A stretch of 59,448 nucleotides of DNA, the filler included, from Jimgerdemannia flammicorona (Eukaryota): assembly GCA_003990765.1 (NCBI GenBank). It is 3 parts of 3 records of this genome, joined end to end, with 100 filler letters (N's around TTAATTAATTAA, not from the genome) between each part and the next. Parts side by side here need not be neighbours in the genome. Positions count along the whole stretch, not along the records: positions 19,852 to 39,600 come from RBNJ01001859.1; 2 more parts are not named here. One strand, written 5' to 3'. Below, one piece after another: positions 26,427-37,589 of the stretch. The notes under the pieces were generated by a model. The model was given only the letters and a program-made list of their open reading frames with translations. It did no database searches and was not told the DNA's origin. The number at the start of each line of letters is the position of its first letter. The first letter of the stretch is position 1. The translations under genes and the position numbers were made by a program.

Positions 26427-27257
26427 ATGCCTACTGCTTACCAAACCTCAAGATCAAGGAACCACCAAGGCATCTCAGTCAAAGAAAGGATGTTTCAAGA
26501 CATCAGAAGAGCCATGAGGACTTGCTCAAGAAGGACTCCTAGTATCAACCTGGGTACTGCTAATCCTTATCATTATATCCTCTACTACTGTGAAATAGAA
26601 ACAAGTATCACCATTGCTACTAAATACCTCCAAATGTAGCAGGAGTATGAAATAGGAAACCTCCTCTGCTAGGAGTTTCCACAGGCCAGCACTCAAGAGC
26701 TACAAGATACCACTTCCATGGAGATATACAAAACAAGGACAGCTAAGAAGATCCATCAGATCTTCAGGCATATACCATAGTCAATCTCCAACTTGGAGTA
26801 TGTTAGAGTCTTAGATTTCAGAGACCTGTCATCCTGCTGTATCAATGCACTAGAAGCCAGAGTGGCTACAGAAGCCCAGTCCACTATCACTCTCAATAGT
26901 GATGAAGTAGAAGACTTCTGGCATCCTATCCTTCAGGACAACCCAGACCAATTCCTACAAGGATTAATCTCAGTATTCCAAGGCCCAAGCATCCAGGTTA
27001 GACCTCCCCAAGACCCCACATTTGTCCTCTATTTTGTGGAAGAGAACCTCATAGATTAGAGAGCCCCCAATTTCCCCACCACTGAATATGATAATGTCAT
27101 CAGCAATGATGTCATCCTGCATGACATATGCGAGATGCACAATATGCATGAAGTATATGAAACATGCAACCTACATGATAATGATGAATTCGTAGATCTC
27201 ATCTCCTTCAGTGATGATGAGGATGAAGCCCCTATGGTCTTGAACATTCTGCTCTAA
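26427..27257 (+). pseudogene. LTR-encoded ORF of Gypsy-B (5' LTR), 276 codons, in-frame stops only
   Basis: ATG to TAA spans 831 nt without a frameshift. Same length in the 3' LTR. Homologous to the Gypsy-A LTR ORF. Confidence 0.85.
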
Positions 27258-27813
27258 GTCTCTTGATGAAACAGAATTGTTCCAGTACTGGTATTTTGAG
27301 GTGACACAGAATTGTTCCAGTACTGGCATTTTGAGGTGATGCAGAATTATTCCAGCATCAGTATTTTGATATGATACTGAATTATACCAGCATTCTGAAC
27401 CTGTATAATCATTAGTGCTGACCCTGGAACTTAGCAGTTTTTCCTGTTCTGGTATTTTATTTTAGTTATTGGAATTTATATTTAGCTTTATATCTTAGCA
27501 ACCATTGAATTATATTTTGTATAAATACCCCTCTTATTTTCTCTGAAATAAAGTCAGTTCTGGTTCACTTACACTCAATTCCATACAAGTAATCTATGAG
27601 ATAACAAGACAGTTTAAAGATAAGAAGTTTGAGGACTATAAGACCTTAGGAAGACACTTCAATAAGAACTTGCTTATAACAAACTTGACTTAGTCTAAGA
27701 GATATATCTTGAAGAGAATCTGGCATATTTGAAGAACTCAGCAACCACTACATAACAACTTAGTACCTATTGGCTGGTAATTCAAGACAAATCCCTCACT
27801 TTCAAGCTGAAAA

Positions 27814-30800
27814 ATGAACAATCTCCACAACAACTACCCTGACTATAAGAGTTACCTCTGCAAGAATTCAAGATAAGATAGAAATGCATCCCCCCACATT
27901 CTATGAATATACTACTGAAGAGTCAATCCTGACCTTCATTGAAGACTTTGAACAATTCACCATCATATGAGCCCTTGGTGTAGATACACAATTGGCCCTT
28001 CTACTAGTCAGCCTCAGAGGACCTGCCAGAGACAAGTTCAATGCAGCCACTATTGCTAATAATGGCACAGTCAAACTTGCCAACATGAAGGCCTTTCTTA
28101 GAACAACATACTATACTGAAGAGATCAAACAAGCTCTTAAGGATCAACTCAATACTATCTGCCAGAGACTTAGTGAAGATTCCAACTCATTCTATATCCA
28201 AATCTGCCACCAGATTGTCTTGGCTAGCTATGATGATGCTCTCAAGGAACAAATAGCAGATTCAACCTTTCTCAAAAGAGTTTACTCTGAAATTGCCCTA
28301 GCAATCTAGTCTACCCCAGCTATACTGATCCTTGATCAGAAAGTGGTCTTTGTATAGAGATATTGGACTGTCAGACACTCTGTCAAACACTCAATGGAGA
28401 AAATAACTGGCATCAAGATAGAACCATCAAAGCCAATCAGTATTATACCCACTACAGTTGTAAGCAGATAACTAACTCCACCTACCCCCAAGATAGCCAA
28501 AGCTGACCCAGTGGAGGAACTTTCCAAGCAGTTCGCCAAGATGACTGCACACCTTGGTAATATTGTTAGAGAAGTCCAAAGCACTAACAAGAGATCAGTG
28601 CAGAGATTTGCAGCTGCTACAGAAGAATACAATATTATATGCTTCAGATGTAGAGAAGAAGACCACTATGCAAAGAATTGTATGACTGAAATGAGATGCA
28701 AGGCCCAACCAAGCAATGCTAGCAGAACCAGAGAACAAACCAATGTAGTAGTCATTAAGTAGATTGGTGACACTGATGATGAAAAATACTATAAGGAGCT
28801 TGAATTCTACCCTACTACTGAAGGTACCAGAACCCAGTCCAAGCCCTATGATAAGAAGAGCAACAGCAAGCCAGTTGGAAGACCAAAGAAGACCCCAGCT
28901 ATCACTATTCAAAGCAAGACTCAACCCAAGGAGATTGATCAAGACATAGAGTTAGATGAAGTTGTACAAGACCAAGATCCATCAGTATAATATCTACAAA
29001 AACCTCAAGAAACAGAAGATCAATACTACTTTTGGACAGCTAGCTGAAGTCCCTGCCTTTAAACAGCAGTTGAGAGTAGGACTTGCAACTACTGCCAAGA
29101 ATCAAGAGTACAAGATTGTAGAAGCTCACAATGCACAGGAAGAATTCGAAAACTCAGATAAAGAATCTGAAGATCAGCGCAAGACATCAGCCTATACCCT
29201 ATGTCAGATCAAAGACTGTATCTTTGATACCATCATTGATACTGGTGCTGGAGGATACCTTATGAGCAAGAAGGCAATTGACTGCCTAGGTTGGGATATT
29301 GAAGAGTCTATCAAAATGGTCTATATTACAGCAGATGGTATATGAGCTATTCTTCTTGGCAAAATCTGAGAAGTCTCCATCAAGATAAGAGGAACTACCA
29401 TCCCAGTAGACATGATTGTTACAAGTGTCACCAACTATGACATCCTCATTGGCAACCAATAGCTTCACAAGGCCAAGGCCATTATTGATCTCAATGCCCA
29501 GAAGATGCAGATCAACTATAGAGGAAGAAAGGTATGAGTCTCTATTAATGTCCATAAAGGAGTTCTATCAGACATGGAGGAAGGAGATGAGGTCTTTATG
29601 CTTGGTGAACAAGAACAAGAGCAAGACATCTAAGCTCACAGATAAGCAGTAGTACAACAAGATCATTGATGGCTATGTCTCTCAAGGAAGATGCCCTCAT
29701 GGTACTAGGATGTACTGCTCTGAACATCTGAATAACTACTGGTTCTATATCAGTAAAGTCAGAAAAATCCACCAATAGAAATATGAGCAAGAAGCCACCA
29801 AAACAAAGAGGAAAGCTGAAGAAGATGACCAGCCCCCAGAACTTCAAGCTGATAGTGATGATGAGGAGGAATAAGAACCAGATATCACTATCAAAGTCAA
29901 GAAGTTCCACCCCAAAGTCAAGATCCCAGAATACAAGACTGAAGGAGCTATAGGAATGGACCTTGCCAGCATTCAAGATGCTACCCTCAAACCACAGATC
30001 ACCACCCTACTTGGTACTGGAATTGGAGTCAAGCTGCTAGAGAACTATGTCGGAATTATCAAGACTAGGAGTAGTCTGGCCAAAAGTGAAATCTCAGTTG
30101 AAGGAGGAGTAATTGACCCTGATTACACTGGTGAGATCTTCCTTATAGTCAGAAATCACAACCCCACTACCCCATTTGAAGTCAAGAAGCATGACAGGAT
30201 TGGCCAGATGCTGATCCACGAAATTAAGAAGCCCAAGATCACTGAAGCCATTGAACTCATCAAGATCAAGAGAGGAGAACAAGGCTTTAGATGTACAGGA
30301 AGAGGAGCCTATACTGCCATCAAGATTACTAAACTTGAGCACAAGAAAGACAAGGATCAGAACAAGTATACATATATCATTGGAGAAACTTTCCTCTAGA
30401 AGAACAACTTCTCAAGATTCTATATCAGAATGAAGGAGTACTTACTACAGACTTCAGGGATATCCACAATAAAGAACCCAAGTACTATCATGAAGTTGAC
30501 ATGGCAATACCAAGCCCATCTACCAGAAGCCAGACCTATATCTCTTATCTACAGAGAATGGCTGTGAGCAGAACTCAAGGAAATGGAAGAAGTCAGAATT
30601 ATCAAGCAAGCTATCAGTCCCTGGACTTTACCCATTGTCCTTGCCCCAAAGAAAGGAAGCAAGCCTGGAGAGTTTGTGCTAAGACTCTACATTAACTACA
30701 GAAAGCTCAATGCCATTATCAAGAAGGATAGGCAGCTCTTGTCAAATATTCAAGAAATCCTTACCACCCTTGGAAGTGAAGCCAAATACTACACAACCTT

Positions 30801-33057
30801 GGATCTATTCTCAGGCTTCCATCAGATTGATCTCACTCAAGATGCCAGTGAGAAATCAGTCTTCATCATACCTGACACCACCTATATCTACCTGTGAATG
30901 CCATTTGGAATATACAATACCCCAGCAAGTTTTCAGCAAATGATGAACAGAGTCTTCAGCAATAAGATTGGAAAATGGCTCTTTGTCTATGTTGATAATG
31001 TGATCATCTTCAGCAACACTGTACAGGAACATGTCAATCACATACAGCTAGCCCTCAAGAAGCTCAAGGAGCATGGCCTTTACATCAAGCCTAAGAAATG
31101 TAAGTTTGCAATCCAGGAAATCACCTATCTAGGACACCTCATCAACCAGACTGGAATCCACACAGACCCTATGAAGATTGAGACTGTTGCAACCTACCTG
31201 AGACCCAGAACAACCACAGAAGTCCATGTCTTCCTTGGACTGGCCAGCTATTACAGAAGATTCATCAAAGGATACATCAATATTGCAGTATCTATCTATG
31301 AGCTACTGAAGAAGGAAACTAAATTCAAATAGACTAAGAAATGCCAAGAAACCTTCAATGAACTCAAGATCAGGTTGACCCAAGTACCTATCCTCAGAAG
31401 ACCAGATTGGAACCTAGAATTCATCTTGTAGACAGATGTGAGTACTATAGGACTTAGAGCAGTCTTAGCTCAGAAGAAAGATGGACATGAATATATCATC
31501 TCCTATATAAGCTGAGGTACCCACAGAGCAGAACAAAACTATAAGTCATGCAAGCTTAAATGCTTAGCAGTAGTTTGGGCAGTAGACAAGTTTCACTACT
31601 ACCTAGCTGGGAAATACTTCACCATTCAAACAGACCATTCTGCTCTTGCCTGGCTATTCCACACTCTGAACCCCAATGGAATATATGCCAGATATATCTA
31701 CAGGCTACAAGAGTATGACTGTACTATTAAGCACTGCTCAGGAAGAACCAATACCAATACTGATGCACTCTCAAGGACACCTCAAAATACCCCCATCAAG
31801 ACTATTTAACATGAATAAGGAGTTATACTATGGATTAATCAGCTATCTTAGACAGCGGAAGATGCCCAACCACCTCAAACTCTGGACAATCACTATCATC
31901 AACCAGACTTGGAAACAGTTTGAACTAGACAATACTATACTCAGAAAAGGAGAAAAGCTAGTAATATCCAAACACAAGAAGTATCAAATAATAAAGGAAG
32001 TACACAAGCAAGGATACTTAGGAGGAACCAACACATACGACAAGGTAAGAAGAACCATATAGTGGTCCAAAATGGAAAAAGACCTGTGCCAATTTGTCAA
32101 AGGATGTGATAAGTGCCAAAAACAGAAACAAGATCAGTAAGACCAGATATCTGAGTCATCAAGAATTGAGCCTATCCCCTTCCACCACATTGCAATGGAT
32201 ATCATTGGGCCACTATCAGTAATACTATCAGGAAACTGCTATATTATAGTTATTGTAACCTCTTTACCAAATAGATAGAAGTAGGAGCATTACAAGAAGC
32301 TAATGCCCTCTCTATAGCTAACTTTCTGCACCGAGAAATCATCTGCCACTATAAGACACCAAAGCAAATCACAACAAACTGTGGCACAGAATTTGTCAAT
32401 AGATTCCATGAGTTAATATATCAGAAATACAAGATTCAGCACATCAAGACTACTATATACCACCCTCAAGAAAATGGACAGACAGAGAGAACCAATAAGA
32501 CCCTTAAGAATATTCTGGTAAAAATCTCAGAGACATATAAGAATTGGGATAATTATCTCTTAACTGCCCTCTCTGTCCTATGAGACATATAGTTACAGAG
32601 TACACACTTTACCCCAAGGGAACTGCTCTTTGGAGAAGAAGATTCTGATGGAACCTCAGCCACAAATCTAGACCTAACTTGGAGACAGATTGATGCAGAA
32701 ATCTGGAGGCTACACCAAATCAGGAAGAAGGCTGAAGATTACATTATCAAGTTACAAGCACTGATAAGGAAGAATGTGAAAAAGAATCACAAGACCCTAG
32801 AACCCATCTGAATCGGAGAAAAGGTCCTACTGTATCAAAATATGGTAGAAGTCTCATGGTTGTGAAAACTGGAGCCCAAATAGGAAGGACCCTTCTATGT
32901 ATAAGATATCAAGGGAACTACCTTCTGGCTTAGAAAAATCTCAAGGACCATACTATCTACCATAGTATACAGGAACAGACTCAAGAAGTATCATAAACCT
33001 ATACAAGAGAAGCAAAATATGATGACTGCTCATGAGGTTCTAGTCCACAAATCATAA
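27814..33057 (+). pseudogene. pol: Gypsy-B gag-pol
   Basis: Zinc knuckle CFRCREEDHYAKNC. Protease IIDTGAG. RT motifs LDLFSGFHQI, MPFG and YVDN (decayed YVDD). RNase H. Integrase with CDKCQ and a GPFY module. Confidence 0.92.
29882..30312 (+). pseudogene. dut: Trimeric dUTPase domain between protease and RT
   Basis: All five motifs are present: AIGMDL, RSSLA, GGVIDPDYTGEI, DRIGQM, RGEQGFRCTG. Confidence 0.95.
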
Positions 33058-33585
33058 CAGCATGTCCTATGACCAATAGACTATCTGTCTGGACCATTCT
33101 CTAAGGGATACAGTACTAGCAACTACTCATCTGTGAGACTTTTGAAGCCAGAGGAGTTTGAACCATCAACTGATTGGTCAAGATCAGAATCAGGCCCTTG
33201 CTCTATATAAAGAGAGTGACCCTTCACCATCATGCCAAAATACATAGGGAAGACACCAGCCCATAAATACCACTTTTCAACCCCTTGCCAGAGGTTATGG
33301 GATCAGCAAATTTTTCAGGACTGGACCAATGAATAAGGATGCTCAAGAAGATCCTTATTTAGGAGAAAGATGTAACAGTGATCTCAGAATGATGACATCA
33401 GCACAGGAGACAGTCTTTCCTTGCAAGCCACCCATATAAGATAAGTGATGATAACCAACTGTGAGTCATTGTGACCACAGTTTAGACATCTTGAGGAATA
33501 TAAAAGAAGAATCAAGAAACTACAGTAGTAGCAACCAATAAGACCCACCAATTCCAAAATAGCTCAAAGACTTACTACAAACAAA

Positions 33586-34416
33586 ATGCCTGCTGCTCGC
33601 CAAACCTCAAGGTCAAGAAACCACTAAGGTATCTCAGTCAAAGAAAGGATGTTTCAAGCCATCAGAAGAGCCATGAGAATCTGCTCAAGAAGGACTCCTA
33701 GTGTCAACCTGAGTACTGCTGACCCTTATCATTATATCCTCTACTGCTGTGAAATGGAAACAAGGATCACTATTGCTACCAAATGCCTCCAAATGTGGTG
33801 GAAGTACGAAATAGGAAACCTCCTCTACTAGGAGTTCCTATAGGTCAGCACTCAAGAGCTACAAGATGCCACTCCTATGGAGATATATGAAACAAGGATA
33901 GCTAAGAAGATCCATTAGATCTTCAGGCATGCACCATGGTCAATCTCCAACTTAGAGTATGTTAGAGTCTCAGATTTCAGAGACCTGTCATCCTACTATA
34001 TCAATGCACTAGAAGCCAGAGTGACTATAGAAGCCCAGTCTACTATCATCCTCAATAGTGATAAAGTAGAAGACTTCTGACATCCTATCCTTCAGGACAA
34101 CCCAGACCAATTCCTGCAAGGATTGATCTCAGTATTCCAAGACCCAAACATCTAGGTTAGACCTCCCTAAGACCTCACATTTGTCCCCTATTTTGTGGAA
34201 GAGAACCTCATAGATTGGAGTGCCCCTGATTTCCCCACCACTGAATGTGATGATGTCATTGGCAATAACATCATCCTGCAAAACATATGTAAGACATGTT
34301 ACATGTATGAAGTATGTGAAACACATGACCTATGTGATGACAATAAATTTGCAGATCTTATCTCCTTCAGTGACAACAAGAATGAAGCCCCTATGGTCTT
34401 GAACATTCTGCTCTAA
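33586..34416 (+). pseudogene. LTR-encoded ORF of Gypsy-B (3' LTR)
   Basis: 831-nt copy of 26427-27257 with a partly different set of stops. Confidence 0.85.
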
Positions 34417-35760
34417 GTCCCTTAGTGATGCAGAATTGTTCCAGTATCAGCATTTTGAGATAATGCAGAATTGTTCCAGTACTGGCATTTTGAGGTGATA
34501 TAGAATTGTTCCAGCACCAATATTTTGATATGATACTGAATTATACCAGCATCCTGAATCTGTACAACCATCAGTGCTGACCCTGGAACTTAGCAGTTTT
34601 TCCTGTCCTGGTATTTTATTTTAGTTATTGGAATTTATATTTAGCTTTATATCTTAGCAACTATTGAATTATATTTTGTATAAATATCTCTCTTATTTCC
34701 TCTGAAATAAAGTCAGTTCTGATTTACTTACACTCAATTCTATATAAGCAATCTAAGAGATAACAAGATAGTTTAAAGATAAGAAGTTTGAGGACTATAA
34801 GAGCTTGGGAAGGCACTCCAATAAGAACTTGCTTATAACAAACTTGACTTAGTCTAAGAGATATATCTTGAAGAGAATCTGGTGTATTTGAAGAACTCAG
34901 TAACTACTATGTGACAATATATATATTGTGGCGTCGGGTTTGTACCTCTAGTTGCTTCAAGCACAGCTCAATGTGTGCCACTGGTGAAGTGCACGATGGA
35001 TAACTGAAGGTGTTGGTGACGTTCGCGGGTCAATGGTCACATGACAGATCGTTCAATTCATGTGGTAATTGATAATAGCAGGAGGTCATTTGATGATGGT
35101 GGCTCAATTGTTTAGTGGATGAGGTCGTTTGATTGTTTAATGGCTCAATATCCAGTGGAAAAGGATGTTTCTGGTGGCGAACTTGAATTTATACAGTGAC
35201 GATGGGCTTGGCTTTAAGCGGTTCGTGGCACAGTAGGTCAGGAAAATGGAGGTTGATGGCTCACTCGTCCGTCTTGATTAACTTGAAAGGTTCCTGGCAG
35301 TCATTTGGGTCTTTGGCAGTGGTCTTGTATCCTTTGGCTGGGTAACTTGGGTTTCTGGGTCTTGAATCTCGAATGGTGGTCATGGTCTTGAATCCTTGGC
35401 TGGGTCTTGGGTCTCAAATGGTGGTCGAATGGTGGTGGTCAGGTAATGTTTTCTTTCCGTGGCAAGAGAAAATTCTTTAACTCAAACTTCTGAGTGATCC
35501 GTTGCTCTAGGTTGTTATTTTGTTCTCAGAATTTATCCGGTCTCTTGGAGGCAGTGAGGTTTCTCAGTAATCCTTTTTACTTTTAAACACAAACTGACTG
35601 AGGCTTTATTCACTCTAAGGATATGGGTTATTTATACAAGTTTGCTAGCTATGGGTGCGGCTAAGGTATACTATGTTGTGGCAAACATTTGCTATGCTAT
35701 TGGCTTGCACGACGCAAGGTGCAGGCTATTGTTTACTATGGATTGGGTTATAGGGGATAG

Positions 35761-36026
35761 CAACGCTGAATTCGGACCTGCTGACAAAATGCTGAAAATG
35801 GTAGTACTGGGTAGCAATGCTGGATTCGGATGAGCTGACATGATATGATGATTGTTGCCAGAAACAGTTGTAGAGGGTGGCAATGCTGAATTCAGACCTG
35901 CTGACAAAATGCTGAAAATGGTGGTACTGGGTAGCAATGCTGGATTCAGATGAGCTGACATGATATGATGATTGTTGCCAGAAATGGTTGTAGAGGGTGG
36001 CAATGCTGAAAACGGACTTGCTGACA
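35761..36026 (-). repeat. 120-bp-period tandem repeats in LTR-A, between the ORF stop and the TATA box
   Basis: Units start at 35761, 35881 and 36001 (CAAYGCTGAA...). Confidence 0.85.
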
Positions 36027-36059
36027 AAAGCTGGGTTCTCATGGCTGATGAGCGGTACT

Positions 36060-37046
36060 CTAGAGGGAATAGTACCCTTTGTCTGCGGCAGGCAAATCTT
36101 GCTGGGTTGTGATTTCTTCTTCATCATATCTCTTCTCAAAGGGGGGGAGCACCGGCCAAGAGATGAGGGGGTAGAAAAGTGGCCAGTCATCTTCAACAAC
36201 ATTTTCCAATCCCTGAACTGCTTGAATGCAGACAGAGGACTGGTAGACTCTCTGTTGCTCCTCTTCTTCTTCTGAAGACTCATCAGTTTCAGTGTCAGAG
36301 GGGGTTTCTTCAGGGGCAGGGTCTTGGAGTTCTTGGGCCTCCTCTTCAAAGACAGGAACTTCTTGGGCTTCTTCTTGATTTGGTTCCCAAATGATGAGGT
36401 GTGAATTGTGGCTGACAAGATGGTGGGTGATTAGGGTAGCTCTAACAGGTGCCTCTATAGTAATGGGCTGTCCTTCAAATATCTCCATAAGACTTATTAG
36501 GTGACCTTGATGGTTGTCTCGGAGTGGGGTAGTGTGGGAACCTGGCTGAGTGGGTTTGGTTTGTTGGCTTCCTATGGCGACGCAGTTGCTGCCAATAGAG
36601 TTGGCTACTTCGGATTCTATCCAGTCAGCATCTTCAGTTGATAGGCGGGAGAGGCTACCAGCTATTACTCCTTGCAAGTGTGCTATAGCCCAGGGAATAT
36701 GGTAGAAGATTTGGTGGACATGGAGGGCTCTTTTGATTAGCCAGCTGGTGGTTAACATTTCGGCAATGAGGTCTTCCTGGTTGCCTTCTTGAGTCTCATT
36801 GTGAAGGTAGTGTCCAATTTCGTAGTCATACCAGAGGGTCATTCGTTCGGTAGTATCTTTGAGCTGTTGGGTCATTATATATCGGTAGTTGATGAAGTGT
36901 CCAAGATCCTTGGTGTAGAAGTTCAAGTGTTCGAAAGTATCTGGGCACCAGATGGCCTTTTTGATAGCTTCAAAGATCAGGGTCTTTGGGCCAGGCAAAG
37001 GGGTAGAGCGGCAGGAGGTCTGGTTGGATTGGCGAATGGGAGGCAT
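36060..37046 (-). CDS. Intact LTR-encoded protein of unknown function (328 aa from MPPIRQ; frame open to 37160) with an acidic C-terminal region
   Basis: Uninterrupted ORF wholly inside the LTR, with homologues in two other LTR families in this window. Confidence 0.8.
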   Translation of the reverse strand: MPPIRQSNQTSCRSTPLPGPKTLIFEAIKKAIWCPDTFEHLNFYTKDLGHFINYRYIMTQQLKDTTERMTLWYDYEIGHYLHNETQEGNQEDLIAEMLTTSWLIKRALHVHQIFYHIPWAIAHLQGVIAGSLSRLSTEDADWIESEVANSIGSNCVAIGSQQTKPTQPGSHTTPLRDNHQGHLISLMEIFEGQPITIEAPVRATLITHHLVSHNSHLIIWEPNQEEAQEVPVFEEEAQELQDPAPEETPSDTETDESSEEEEEQQRVYQSSVCIQAVQGLENVVEDDWPLFYPLISWPVLPPFEKRYDEEEITTQQDLPAADKGYYSL

Positions 37047-37589
37047 TGTGTAGTGGGTACTTGGTTCTTTGGTGCCGATCTCTGAGGCAGAGTATGGTTC
37101 CTTAAATAACGTGGTCTTCATTTTGGCTTGGATCATCTTGTCTTCTTTTGGGGTGATCACCTAATAGGTCAGGCTGTCTATTTGATTGTCACACCATTAT
37201 GTCATCTGATCTTAGCAGTCACCGGTACTCCATTGTCAATTGTGTACGTTACATCTGCCCCTTACAAAATTAGAGCCATCCTCAGCAGTGAAGGTTACAC
37301 AGAGTTGGGTGGTCTTAACTCCAGGGACGAGCAGAATGTTGGCGCATTTGTGAGGACTGGCCATCCTTGTCTAGGGCGAGGGCTCCCATAGTCACGGCTG
37401 GGGGTTCGAACCCATTGGAAATAGTATTACTTGTAATCCAAGGCAATTTCTTAGTAATAATGTCTGTCACGTGGATGGGCTTGAGTCTGGTTCCAACATT
37501 GTTGGCTTTCTTGAGTTCCAAGTGAAATGTCCATCGTATTTCCAATGGAGATGATACAGACAGAGTAAACAGGATTGTTCAAATGCATT

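Larger units (their letters stand above)
26185..34916 (+). mobile_element. Gypsy-B, complete Ty3/Gypsy LTR retrotransposon with dUTPase (degenerate)
   Basis: LTRs at 26185-27757 and 33371-34916. PPT AGGAGAAAGA at 33361-33370. Domain order gag-PR-dUTPase-RT-RH-IN. Flanks AAAT / ATAT. Confidence 0.95.
34927..37253 (-). repeat. Gypsy-A copy 2, 3' LTR (2327 bp)
   Basis: Minus-strand termini TGTAACG...CGCCACA. PPT AAGGGGCAGA at 37254-37263. ATAT flank. Confidence 0.92.

Noticed and set aside
27761..27777. Gypsy-B primer-binding site TAGTACCTATTGGCTGG
   Set aside because: The position fits, but it is too decayed to assign a tRNA.
35726..36418. 230-aa alternative-frame ORF running through the LTR-A repeats
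   Set aside because: It overlaps the conserved ORF, is broken in the other LTR copy, and owes its length to the 120-bp repeats.
21334..37253. The two A LTRs as the ends of one element enclosing Gypsy-B
   Set aside because: The PBS and gag lie left of 21334 and the PPT and pol lie right of 37253, so the LTRs belong to two separate insertions.
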